Shown here in pieces: positions 19,694-28,772 of a stretch of DNA of 64,000 bases; the first letter of the stretch is position 1, and every line of letters begins with the position of its first letter. The translations under genes were made by a program, and so were the position numbers. The DNA comes from Bacteroidota bacterium (GTDB lineage: Bacteria > Bacteroidota > Bacteroidia > 2-12-FULL-35-15), in NCBI GenBank assembly GCA_052389695.1, contig JBQTHQ010000057.1:11774-75773 (forward strand), in the 5' to 3' direction. The notes beneath the pieces are model-generated. The model was not told where the DNA came from. It did not search any database and was given only the letters and a program-made list of their open reading frames with translations.

Positions 19694-20296
19694 TCATTTG
19701 ATTACACTTGTTAATATTCTATTTATCCATGCAGGAGCAAGTTTGGCATCATGCAAAATGTTTTTCTTTTTTTCCTTTCTCAAAATTTCTAACATTTTTT
19801 TTAGGCTATCATCTTCTACTTTATCCTGGCCAATGCTTTTAAGAGCTTGAATTACAAGACTGCTTATTTCTCCTTCAGCTAATAAATTTTTAGGACTTGT
19901 TTTCTTAAACGTAATTGTTCTTTTCCCAATTTTGATACTTCGTGCAGCTCCGTCCGTAAGAAAAACTACTTTCAATGGCACTTGAGTTGATAACCCCAAT
20001 TTATTTAGAGCTTGGATACCGGTCGGAATTATTCTTGCCCTATCTCTTTTTGCAATAGCTACTGCTACCTGTTCAGCGGAAGGATATAATATTCCTAAAT
20101 CTTTATCCTTTTTAGGATATAGATAAATACCATGAGCTATTCGGACAAGCATTCCTTTCTTCTCTAATCTGAATAGAGCTTTTTTCACACTTTCAGGATT
20201 GCCAAAATCTAAAAAGTCATCTACAAATAGAATACTTCCTTTTAGCAGCTTCTTTAATGCTTCAGCGACTTTATGTTCTACAATTGGTCTTTCCAT
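19694..20296 (-). CDS. AbiEi family antitoxin / transcriptional regulator
   Basis: Directly upstream of and 1 bp from the AbiEii gene. Segment ALFRLEKKGMLVRIAHGIYLYP fits the AbiEi N-terminal winged-helix pattern. The ORF extends to 20470, but the Met at 20296 gives the typical ~200 aa. Confidence 0.65.
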   Translation of the reverse strand: MERPIVEHKVAEALKKLLKGSILFVDDFLDFGNPESVKKALFRLEKKGMLVRIAHGIYLYPKKDKDLGILYPSAEQVAVAIAKRDRARIIPTGIQALNKLGLSTQVPLKVVFLTDGAARSIKIGKRTITFKKTSPKNLLAEGEISSLVIQALKSIGQDKVEDDSLKKMLEILRKEKKKNILHDAKLAPAWINRILTSVIK

Positions 20297-20586
20297 AAGT
20301 ACAATTTCGTCCCAAATATAGTAAATATTTGGGACGGGAAACATTGAGAGCCAATAATTTTTCCAAATAGGTTTAAATCCCCCGGTTCTTTCTTCAAAAA
20401 GTTGTATGCAGCAAACTTTCCTAACTGCCTTATTCTCCTGCATCCACTTGTAAAAGTTGTGGTAAAACACAAGTAACCACCTTTTAAACCACTGTCATTA
20501 CTCAGAATTTTGACCTCGCAAGGTTTAAATACCAATTCACAAAAAGGCAAACGATTAAAATCAAAAACCATTTAAAAATCATTCAC

Positions 20587-20760
20587 ATGGAAAGTAACGC
20601 AGTATCCAACACAAACTGGAAAGAAATCGGAATCACAGCAGGAATTGTTCTTGTGGTTGGCTTTGTTGCCACCCTCGGAGCATTATATGCCCATGAAGGC
20701 ATCAAGAAAATTGCTGCGAAAAAATCTTCTTCAAAGGAGGCTGATTCCAAAAAGGCTTAA
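20587..20760 (+). CDS. small membrane protein
   Basis: 57-aa ORF with one TM (ITAGIVLVVGFVATLGALYA) and a Lys/Ser-rich tail. Confidence 0.3.
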   Translation: MESNAVSNTNWKEIGITAGIVLVVGFVATLGALYAHEGIKKIAAKKSSSKEADSKKA

Positions 20761-20829
20761 GTGTACATAGAGCCTTGCGATTAAAAAAACGACAATCAAA
20801 ACAAACACTAACCATTAACAATTCAAGCC

Positions 20830-21702
20830 ATGAATAAATATAACGAAGAAATTCGCAAGTATGAAAAAGAGGCCGAAGACCGTTACGATGATTATGATGA
20901 CGATAATTACGATGACGACAACTTCGACACCGGCCTGGAAGGGCAAGATTCGTATGATGAAGATTCATACGAAGAAGTAGAATACATTGGAGAGGACAGC
21001 TACGATGATGATTCATACGATAACTACGCTGCCAACTCAATCGGAAAAATCAATCCGAACGACAGAACCCTAACGATCACTATTACCAATACCTCCGGTG
21101 CAGATGCGGAAGCAATTGTATTTGGCGGTAACGAAAACGCAGCGCAACCCGCAGGCGTTCTTGTAGTGGTACAGGAAAGTTCGCACAGCGAAGTGAGAGA
21201 GGAAAGTAAAGCTAATCCTTTCAAAATCCAGGGAATGAAAATGTCCGTGTCTGATCCTTTGCAATTTGACAACGTTTGGAAAATCCTGCGTAAGTCAGCT
21301 GCCGGATCATTCAATTCACACCCGTACCAGCCACGTAATGCTACCTCGCCTCAAAACACCAATCCTAACCTGATTGATGACAGTGCGTTCGAGATGGACG
21401 TAACTGGCCAGGACAGCATCCGCTTTTTCCAAAAGGCTGGCGTAAAAACTACGCTGACCTTCACAATTAAAGCCCGTGTTGATATGGGTAATGTGTTGGC
21501 TGGACAAAATGTGGCAGAAGTATCTACCGCACCACGTCCAACAGGATTGCCTCAAATTGACTTGGCTAAACAGGCTCCTAAACCTGTATTTGGAGTAAAA
21601 CCGAAAATGAAAAAAATGGTTCGCAAAGTAGTTCGCAGACCAATTGGCGGTGGAAGACCAAGACCAGGTGGACCAAAAAGGCTGTTAAGAAAACGCAGAT
21701 AA
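20830..21702 (+). CDS. hypothetical structural-protein candidate (D/Y-rich N-terminus, Arg-rich C-terminal tail)
   Basis: 290 aa. N-terminal DSYDxD/DDYDDD repeats, a central beta-rich region, and a C-terminus RRPIGGGRPRPGGPKRLLRKRR typical of nucleic-acid-binding tails. Followed by a strong terminator. Confidence 0.5.
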   Translation: MNKYNEEIRKYEKEAEDRYDDYDDDNYDDDNFDTGLEGQDSYDEDSYEEVEYIGEDSYDDDSYDNYAANSIGKINPNDRTLTITITNTSGADAEAIVFGGNENAAQPAGVLVVVQESSHSEVREESKANPFKIQGMKMSVSDPLQFDNVWKILRKSAAGSFNSHPYQPRNATSPQNTNPNLIDDSAFEMDVTGQDSIRFFQKAGVKTTLTFTIKARVDMGNVLAGQNVAEVSTAPRPTGLPQIDLAKQAPKPVFGVKPKMKKMVRKVVRRPIGGGRPRPGGPKRLLRKRR

Positions 21703-21732
21703 GCTAAAATTCAGCTTAGGGTTAAACAAAAA

Positions 21733-21768
21733 AGCCAAAGCGGGAACCCTCTCGGCTTTGGCTTTTTT
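21733..21768 (+). terminator. rho-independent terminator
   Basis: agccaaagc / gctttggct 9-bp stem with 13-nt loop followed by a T6 run. Confidence 0.6.
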
Positions 21769-21806
21769 CACAAAATGAAAAGAACAAACCCATTAATACA
21801 ATTACC

Positions 21807-22334
21807 ATGTGTAAAGGAAAGGCACAAAATAGAATTGATTACATCGTCCTGCAAAGACCATCCGAAGCAGCAAAGATAGTTGAGAAATACGGGTATGAAG
21901 CTCCGGGAAAGGTAGATGACCTGGTGAAGTCAGTAAAGCTCCTGGTGAAGAAAAAAGGCGAACCGGTTATCAAGGATTTGATCGGCATACACCCGGAGAA
22001 GAAACTCATCCTGGAAGTGTCTGGTCATAAAAGCAATGAGGACAGCTATTGTGGATGCCACAGTTCCTATTCAGGAGAAACAAAAGAACTGCTTGACAAA
22101 CTATCTGAACTATCAGTAGAGGATCTCACCAAACTCTATGACGATACAAAAAAGCAATCGAAGGATAATCCTGAAGATAAAACCCTGATGGCGCAGGTGG
22201 AAACAGTTTGGGATGAAATCAAACGCAGAAAAAAGCAAACGGAAAAAATTGAAAAGAAACAGGAGAACGGCTTATGGCTGAAAGTTGCTGTTGGAGTAAT
22301 TGTCGGAATAGTCATCGGAAAAGCACTTAGCTAA
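21807..22334 (+). CDS. tail-anchored charged protein (paralog family member)
   Basis: 175 aa, K/E-rich, single C-terminal TM LWLKVAVGVIVGIVIGKALS. Confidence 0.5.
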   Translation: MCKGKAQNRIDYIVLQRPSEAAKIVEKYGYEAPGKVDDLVKSVKLLVKKKGEPVIKDLIGIHPEKKLILEVSGHKSNEDSYCGCHSSYSGETKELLDKLSELSVEDLTKLYDDTKKQSKDNPEDKTLMAQVETVWDEIKRRKKQTEKIEKKQENGLWLKVAVGVIVGIVIGKALS

Positions 22335-22336
22335 AA

Positions 22337-22954
22337 ATGGTCAGAATAATTAACCAAGAGAAACCAAAAGAGCCGGAAGCAAAGCTAACGGAAAAATCAA
22401 AAGCCCTGCTTCAGATTATCGCAATCATTATTGCCGATAAACCTAAAGCCGTTCAGGAACTTTTGGAAAGTTACAGCATTGAGTTTTCGGAGAAGCTGGA
22501 TGAAAAAGAGCTTACCGATAAACTGCTTTCAGCCATTGGAGAATGTGATAAACACTTCAACAATGATTTGACACGGATTATCCTGGACTGCACTCTTGAA
22601 AATGATTATGACGGCTTTGATTTTAAATCTCTTTTCAAAAAAGGAGAAGATTCCGGTGGAGAAGAAAGTGGATCCGGTGGCGGTGGTGGATTATGGGCAG
22701 GCATCGGAAGCGCAATTGGAGGAATTGCAGGATCAATTGGTAGCGGAAGAAGGGCAAGAGAAGAAGCAACCACTAAAACTCTCCAGGGCATATACGCATA
22801 CAAGGCGCAGCTCGCATCGAACGAACAAAACAAAGGTAAAAACAAGAAGCAAATGATAATTGCACTGTTTGTAATTCTTGGATTAGTCCTTCTTGCTGCT
22901 GCCTATTTCAGTAATAAGAAACAACCACAACAAGTACCAGCATTAAAAGCCTAA
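22337..22954 (+). CDS. tail-anchored Gly-rich protein (paralog family member)
   Basis: 205 aa with a Gly-rich segment (GGEESGSGGGGGLWAGIGSAIGGIAGSIGSG) and C-terminal TM MIIALFVILGLVLLAAAYF. Confidence 0.5.
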   Translation: MVRIINQEKPKEPEAKLTEKSKALLQIIAIIIADKPKAVQELLESYSIEFSEKLDEKELTDKLLSAIGECDKHFNNDLTRIILDCTLENDYDGFDFKSLFKKGEDSGGEESGSGGGGGLWAGIGSAIGGIAGSIGSGRRAREEATTKTLQGIYAYKAQLASNEQNKGKNKKQMIIALFVILGLVLLAAAYFSNKKQPQQVPALKA

Positions 22955-22958
22955 TACC

Positions 22959-23402
22959 ATGATACAACAAAACAATTACGGTCTCAACGGTATCTCTAAC
23001 TACTATGGTTATGACGATGACGGCTACGATCATCTCTTTAAAAGATTCAGAGAGAAACGAGCAGAAAAAAAAGAAGAAAGACAGGAAAAAAAAGCCGATA
23101 GAAAACAACGCAAAGAAGACAGGCGTTCCGAAAGGCAAGAGAAGCGTGAACTGAATAGCGAAAAAAAACGCCTGAAAAACGAATTGAAACAAACGCAAAT
23201 TGAGGAGAAGAAAGCCTCGCTCAATATGCTCAATCAACAAGGCCAAATGCCACCTCCGGGACCAGCTCCGGCAAGTGGTGGTGACAATACCATGATTATA
23301 GTTGCGGTTGTTGGCGTTTTAGTCCTTGCTGGTGCAGGGTATATGATGATGAATAAAAAACAAACTCCGGTAATGCAACCGGTCTATGCGAAAGCAGCTT
23401 AA
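22959..23402 (+). CDS. tail-anchored protein with D/Y-rich N-terminus and charged single-helix region (paralog)
   Basis: N-terminal YYGYDDDGYDHLFKRF, an ER/K-rich stretch, a Pro/Gly linker, and C-terminal TM IIVAVVGVLVLAGAGYMMM. Confidence 0.55.
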   Translation: MIQQNNYGLNGISNYYGYDDDGYDHLFKRFREKRAEKKEERQEKKADRKQRKEDRRSERQEKRELNSEKKRLKNELKQTQIEEKKASLNMLNQQGQMPPPGPAPASGGDNTMIIVAVVGVLVLAGAGYMMMNKKQTPVMQPVYAKAA

Positions 23403-23426
23403 TACTAACCATTAAAAACAATAGCC

Positions 23427-24053
23427 ATGATTATCGGAGAAACCTTTAACGAAAACAGCTACTACGGATACGAAGAAGAAAATTACGACTATCTGTTCAA
23501 GCGAAAATCAAAAGAAGAACGTCAGCAAAAAAAAGAAGAAAGAAAGCAGAACCGGACTGAAAAAAAACAGCTAAGACAGGACAAGCGAACTGAAAAAAAA
23601 TTGCAGAAACAAGATCCTGCATCGGGAGGAAAACGCAGACTTCCTATCCTCGGAAATTTTGGACTGTTCGATAAGAACAAAAACAAAAAAAATGCAGGCA
23701 CTTCCGGTGGTGTTGCCAATTCACCGGCAAAAAAAGAACCAGGGGATACTTCTGAACCTTCAACAATTGAAGAAAAAAGGATAGCTATGGCAAGTGCAGG
23801 TGCAGCAGCTACTCAGGATAAATCCGAAGGAAGTAAAACTTCAGGAAATGAATCCGATACAGAAGGATCATCGGTAGCAAAATTAGAAAGCAAAGAGCTG
23901 GATAAAAACGGCAACCCTAAAAAAGAAGCCGGTTTCGGGCCAATGTTCGGTTTTGCCATGCTTGGTATTACCGTCCTGGTTGTCGGAGCGGTACTCTACG
24001 GAGTTAACAAAAAATCCAATCCTTCTCCGCAATCAATAAAAGTTGCAGCATAA
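23427..24053 (+). CDS. tail-anchored protein with D/Y-rich N-terminus and charged single-helix region (paralog)
   Basis: N-terminal YYGYEEENYDYLFKRK, ER/K-rich stretch, C-terminal TM FGFAMLGITVLVVGAVLYG. Clear paralog of 22959-23402. Confidence 0.55.
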   Translation: MIIGETFNENSYYGYEEENYDYLFKRKSKEERQQKKEERKQNRTEKKQLRQDKRTEKKLQKQDPASGGKRRLPILGNFGLFDKNKNKKNAGTSGGVANSPAKKEPGDTSEPSTIEEKRIAMASAGAAATQDKSEGSKTSGNESDTEGSSVAKLESKELDKNGNPKKEAGFGPMFGFAMLGITVLVVGAVLYGVNKKSNPSPQSIKVAA

Positions 24054-24068
24054 TTAAAATTATTTAAC

Positions 24069-24296
24069 ATGGACATTTTAGCAGAACCTATTGAACAGGA
24101 AGTAAACGTTGACGGTGCAACCCCACAGGGGGCGCTATTTATTTCCGTGAAAAATACAGGAGCCAACATCGCAACTTTTAACGGAGTTTCCCTGCCACCT
24201 GGTGAGGCCAAGAGCTATTCTTTTGTTGGTAAAGGTTATAAGGCATTGCCTTATGTAGTCAACGGTTCTACTCTCAAATTACTTTACATCCTTTAA
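24069..24296 (+). CDS. small hypothetical protein
   Basis: 75-aa ORF, beta-rich composition. Confidence 0.4.
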   Translation: MDILAEPIEQEVNVDGATPQGALFISVKNTGANIATFNGVSLPPGEAKSYSFVGKGYKALPYVVNGSTLKLLYIL

Positions 24297-24308
24297 AATT
24301 TAGAAGCA

Positions 24309-24815
24309 ATGATAAGAGCCGAAAAAGCACAACGCATCATGCAGCTTTACGAAGATGATTATGATAACTTCCTCGATAAGCTGAAAGCCAAACGCAAGGC
24401 GAAAAAAGAAGCAGCAGCACAGAAAAAAGCAGAAGCCGATAAAGCCGACAAAACCGTTTCGGAAGCTGAAGCATACAAGAAAAAACATCTTGGTCAAAAA
24501 GCAAAAGACCTCCTGGATAAAGCCGGAGGAATTGAAGGTGCTACCAGTACCATCAAAAACGTGATGGGATATTTCAAGGATAATACTCCTTCGGATTATG
24601 ACATCAACATGGGCGGTACAGGTGAAGATCCCAAACCTGAAAAGAAAATCTTTGGGCTTCCCCCGGTGGCAGTTTATGCTGGAGGCGCAGTTCTGCTTTT
24701 GGCAGGACTTTATGGCTTATCCCGCTTCCTGAAAAATAAAAACGCACAGGTACAATCCCAAACACAAATACCCGCAGCACCTTCGGCAGAACCAGTTTTA
24801 CAAGCAGCAGCATAA
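24309..24815 (+). CDS. tail-anchored charged protein (paralog family member)
   Basis: 168 aa, K/A/E-rich N-terminus, C-terminal TM VAVYAGGAVLLLAGLYGL, Ala-rich C-terminal end as in the siblings. Confidence 0.5.
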   Translation: MIRAEKAQRIMQLYEDDYDNFLDKLKAKRKAKKEAAAQKKAEADKADKTVSEAEAYKKKHLGQKAKDLLDKAGGIEGATSTIKNVMGYFKDNTPSDYDINMGGTGEDPKPEKKIFGLPPVAVYAGGAVLLLAGLYGLSRFLKNKNAQVQSQTQIPAAPSAEPVLQAAA

Positions 24816-24819
24816 TATC

Positions 24820-25617
24820 ATGGTCATTCCAATTCCATCACAACAACAGAAGTTCAAAGTCAAGATAGGCATTCGTGCTTTTGAGCCTTGTGCATTGGCC
24901 GTTCGTTGCTTTGATGCAACTAAACCAAATACAGATTATATCCGAAGGAGAGTTCCTTTTAAGAAAGATGTATTTAAAGGGAAGAATCCAGGGTATAGGG
25001 AATTTACTCTGCCCTTTCCACTTTCTCCCGATCAGCTAATGGTAGAAATGCAGGATAAAACCTATGGTGATGATACGCATTTCAAGGTTGAAAAATTTGA
25101 ACTGGAAAAAATCAAACCAAGAGCTGTTTGGGCTGAACCTCAAATGCACCGTTTTATTGACTTTGCACAGGATTTTGCAAGCAAAGCAGGTTATCTGCCA
25201 ACTGGAGTTTACGACAGCAAGGATGGAGATTTCTTAATCCAATACCTGCCTGTTATTGAAGATGAGCAGGGAGATCCATTAGTTACGCCTGCACGAACCA
25301 ACCGTAAGTCAGGGAGAATGCAAATATCCCAAGCGGCATTTGCTGGCTATACAATCCCGGTAAGGCTTGTGGTAATGTTCCATGAGCGCTTCCATTTTCA
25401 GATACCTACAAGACTTGAAAAACCAGCCGATCTGACAGGAATACGCCTGTACCTGGACTTGGGATTTCCAAGACTGGAAGCGATTTATGCGACTACCAAG
25501 ATTTTTAGCGCACATCCTGAATCAGTAGGACAAGGCCACTTAACAAGAGTAGAGGACATAACGCAATTCATTGATTGGTATTCACAAAAAAACAATTTGA
25601 AATTAAATGAAGCGTAG
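24820..25617 (+). CDS. hypothetical protein
   Basis: 265-aa ORF, no recognisable motifs. Confidence 0.45.
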   Translation: MVIPIPSQQQKFKVKIGIRAFEPCALAVRCFDATKPNTDYIRRRVPFKKDVFKGKNPGYREFTLPFPLSPDQLMVEMQDKTYGDDTHFKVEKFELEKIKPRAVWAEPQMHRFIDFAQDFASKAGYLPTGVYDSKDGDFLIQYLPVIEDEQGDPLVTPARTNRKSGRMQISQAAFAGYTIPVRLVVMFHERFHFQIPTRLEKPADLTGIRLYLDLGFPRLEAIYATTKIFSAHPESVGQGHLTRVEDITQFIDWYSQKNNLKLNEA

Positions 25618-27547
25618 CGGAAACATAGGAATTAATTTTTTAGCGCAAAGCATCAAGAAGATTTTATCTGATAAGAAAAAATCTAATGAGGAGAACTTTG
25701 TCGAAAAAACCTATGAAGGTACTGACGATAATTTCTTTGAGGCTACCAATACTAACCTTCGTGTTAAACTTGGACTGGATAAGAAAAGTGAGAGCTATGA
25801 AAAAGATTTAAAGCGTTTCGGTACAAAAATAAAACTCATTGATGTTGCGGATGATGCTATTCCAAACAAACGCATTAAAGAAGTTTTACCACTTAAAAAA
25901 CCAGCCAAATCTGCCCAGGAAAAGTTTGAGGAAAAGTATGAAAAGGATTTAAAACGCTTCGGTACTCGTCAAGGTATTATCCGGGTATCGAACGATGATC
26001 CGGCAAGAAGGAAAAAACCAAAACCTTTTCCAACCAATTTTAGCAAGGCAGCTTACGACAGCATGATGAGCAAATGGAAAACCCGTGAGGTTACTCCATT
26101 TTCCGTTAATCCATTTTCTGACATCTACCGTGAGTTCCCTAAAGCACAGGTAACAATACAAAACAAATCCACTGAAGAAAAAGAAGTGGTGTTATGGGGA
26201 GCAAATCAGAACATCAGTATAAGCGCACCTGGTCCCGGAGATGTTCAGGATCATACCATCGTTGCACAGATCAGTATTCCATCAGGTGTTCACCCGCAGG
26301 GTATTGTTGTTAATCCAGCCAACCAGCTTGTATATGTTGCCAACCAGTTAAGTGGTTCTGTAACCGTCCTGGATGGAAACAATCAGGTTGTAAAAGTGAT
26401 ACAGCTACAACCTACATTTCCCGGATTTGCTTCTCCCGTTGCACTCACTGTAAACTCCAAAAGCTCCAGCAGCAAGTATGGATATGTTTATGTAGTATGC
26501 TCGGTTGCCAATGTACTTGCGGTAATTGATTTATCGCTGAACGTAATTGACTATGTACCCGTTGGAACCCGGCCAGTTGCAGCAGCTTTCAATCCGGTAA
26601 ACCTTCGTGTATATGTGGCTAACCTGGTGAGTGATAACCTGAGTGTTATTGATGCTGAAGCATTAACCGAAATACCAGGCTCACCACTTCCAACAGGACA
26701 GGATCCTATTGGTGTTGGAGTTGATCCCGTAAACGGAGACATCTATGTTGCCAATTCGCTGGCCAACAGCATTACTGTTTATGATAGCACCAACACGCTG
26801 GCAACCACAATTCCGGCAGTTGGGCAATACCCTGTATCAATCACTTATAACGCTGCTAACGACACCATGTATGCCGTAGCAACCAACAACAATTTTGTCT
26901 ATCAGATCGAAAGGGCAACACATACCATTGTTGGAATAATAGAGGTTGGAAGCAAACCCTACAATGCCTTCTATGATTCATATAACGGTTACCTGTATGT
27001 TCAGAACCGGGCTGATAATACGTTCACCATTATTCGCCCGGACAATAGCAAAGTGGATGGGTTAAGTTTCGGAGAACAAAATATTGGTGGAGCTTTCAAC
27101 AGCTTCAACAAAACAATTTACGTTTCCGATACCAGCAATAATACCATAACCGCAATTGGTTATCTGCCTGTAAGCAGTACCCTTTCTATTAATTCCGATT
27201 ATGCTGAAATGCGTGAGGATCTGCAAAGCAATCCTGCGGTAATACAACACGCAAAATTTGTGGTAACCGGAACAGAAAGATTAAACAGCTTCCGTGTAAA
27301 CAAGTTCACGCCAACTGGTAGTATCAAAAGCAAGCCTATCTCTTTTGAGTTATACGCAAGCCCTCAAAGCATATTGAATGTTGCTGAAGTAACAGAACTG
27401 GCCGGAACTGTCATTGACGGTAAAATGAACTGGAGGTTCAAGCTCCCTGGACTGCATACCGTGAGCATCCTGGTTTGGTATCGCCAATTTGAAGTACGAG
27501 AAATTTTAAGCCCGACAAACAATAAATCAATAATTAAAAATCAATAG
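25607..27547 (+). CDS. YVTN-family beta-propeller repeat protein (receptor-binding/structural candidate)
   Basis: At least six ~40-aa repeats of the YV(A/V)N ... S(V/I)(T/S)V(I/L/Y)D type (YVANQLSGSVTVLD, VYVANLVSDNLSVID, IYVANSLANSITVYD ...). N-terminal duplicated motif YEKDLKRFGT(K/R). Confidence 0.65.
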   Translation: MKRSGNIGINFLAQSIKKILSDKKKSNEENFVEKTYEGTDDNFFEATNTNLRVKLGLDKKSESYEKDLKRFGTKIKLIDVADDAIPNKRIKEVLPLKKPAKSAQEKFEEKYEKDLKRFGTRQGIIRVSNDDPARRKKPKPFPTNFSKAAYDSMMSKWKTREVTPFSVNPFSDIYREFPKAQVTIQNKSTEEKEVVLWGANQNISISAPGPGDVQDHTIVAQISIPSGVHPQGIVVNPANQLVYVANQLSGSVTVLDGNNQVVKVIQLQPTFPGFASPVALTVNSKSSSSKYGYVYVVCSVANVLAVIDLSLNVIDYVPVGTRPVAAAFNPVNLRVYVANLVSDNLSVIDAEALTEIPGSPLPTGQDPIGVGVDPVNGDIYVANSLANSITVYDSTNTLATTIPAVGQYPVSITYNAANDTMYAVATNNNFVYQIERATHTIVGIIEVGSKPYNAFYDSYNGYLYVQNRADNTFTIIRPDNSKVDGLSFGEQNIGGAFNSFNKTIYVSDTSNNTITAIGYLPVSSTLSINSDYAEMREDLQSNPAVIQHAKFVVTGTERLNSFRVNKFTPTGSIKSKPISFELYASPQSILNVAEVTELAGTVIDGKMNWRFKLPGLHTVSILVWYRQFEVREILSPTNNKSIIKNQ

Positions 27548-27549
27548 CC

Positions 27550-28128
27550 ATGAACAACAAATTAAACTACTTAGTGCTTCATTGCACCGCAACACCTGAA
27601 GGAAGACCAGTAACAAAAGATGACATCATTCGCTGGCACACAAACCCTATTCACCTTGGAGGTCGTGGATGGAACCGTCCCGGATATTCTGACCTTGTAG
27701 AGCTTGATGGAGACTTGGTAAGTATCATTCCTTTTAACACAGACGACTTTGTTGACCAGTGGGAAATCAGCAACGGTGTAGTGGGATTAAACGGCAATGC
27801 CCGTCATATCGTGTATGCAGGTGGAATGGACACGGAAAACAAAAAGCCAAAAGATACCCGCACCAAAGAACAATTGGCAACGCTTGAAGTGTATGTAAAA
27901 TACACCATCAAACGCCATCCGAAAATTTTAGTGTTAGGACATAACGAAGCTCCTAATGCAAATGGCAAAGCCTGCCCAAGTTTCAATGTAGGTGAATGGT
28001 TACGTTCCATCGGTGTAGCTGAAGCAAACATTTATAATAAACAAGTTGCGGAAGAAAAAAAGGAAGCAGTAGTAGCTACTACTACCATTGAAGAAATAAG
28101 CAATACCACAACTGAAGCTGAAGCATGA
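27550..28128 (+). CDS. N-acetylmuramoyl-L-alanine amidase (Amidase_2/PGRP, T7-lysozyme-like endolysin)
   Basis: LVLHCTATPEG and HNEAPNANGKACPSF motifs, 192 aa. Confidence 0.8.
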   Translation: MNNKLNYLVLHCTATPEGRPVTKDDIIRWHTNPIHLGGRGWNRPGYSDLVELDGDLVSIIPFNTDDFVDQWEISNGVVGLNGNARHIVYAGGMDTENKKPKDTRTKEQLATLEVYVKYTIKRHPKILVLGHNEAPNANGKACPSFNVGEWLRSIGVAEANIYNKQVAEEKKEAVVATTTIEEISNTTTEAEA

Positions 28129-28319
28129 GAACCATCTTAATACTCGCTGTTGGTGTTTGGATTGGCAGGGAAATCTACACGACACACGCCAAAAATCAGG
28201 CGAAAGAACGTGAAGTAAAAATCCGTAAGGCGCTGGAGAAGTTTATCCAGGAGAAACTGCCAACCCTTACACCAGCAGATATGCAAAAAGAGGTTGAAGG
28301 AATATTAAAAGTGTCATAG
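28125..28319 (+). CDS. small N-terminal-TM protein (lysis-associated candidate)
   Basis: 64 aa, start overlaps the amidase stop (ATGA). TM ILILAVGVWIGREIY followed by a charged tail. Confidence 0.4.
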   Translation: MRTILILAVGVWIGREIYTTHAKNQAKEREVKIRKALEKFIQEKLPTLTPADMQKEVEGILKVS

Positions 28320-28337
28320 GCACAACGAAAAAAGAAA

Positions 28338-28772
28338 ATGGCAACAGTAATACAGGACATCATTATACCGGAGAAAAGTTCCGAATGTTCGGAATGGATC
28401 AGCTATTTCAAGAAGCTGGAAGAAAAGTTCGGTGCGGAGAATGCCAAAACAATTTGGTTAAAGACCTGGCAGGTGAACGGCTCAACAGCTTCCTGTACCA
28501 CTCGCCCGGACTTCAATGCCTTTTTCAAAAAGCATGACATAGATGTTACCAACATGGCCACAGCAGCCGTTGCATCGGCAGCGGACTTGGGAGGCAGTAT
28601 CATGGGTCTTGGTAAAGGCATTACCAAAGTGCTGACCTACGGAGTACCGATTGTAATGACTGCCGTGATTGCAGCTATACTTTATGCCATTGTCAAAGTA
28701 GCTAAAAATACAACTGCATCCGATGTTGCGATGCTAACACCGCAAGGGAGGGCGGCTTCTTTACTCAAATGA
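28338..28772 (+). CDS. membrane protein (C-terminal TM)
   Basis: 144 aa, TM VPIVMTAVIAAILYAIV. Confidence 0.4.
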   Translation: MATVIQDIIIPEKSSECSEWISYFKKLEEKFGAENAKTIWLKTWQVNGSTASCTTRPDFNAFFKKHDIDVTNMATAAVASAADLGGSIMGLGKGITKVLTYGVPIVMTAVIAAILYAIVKVAKNTTASDVAMLTPQGRAASLLK

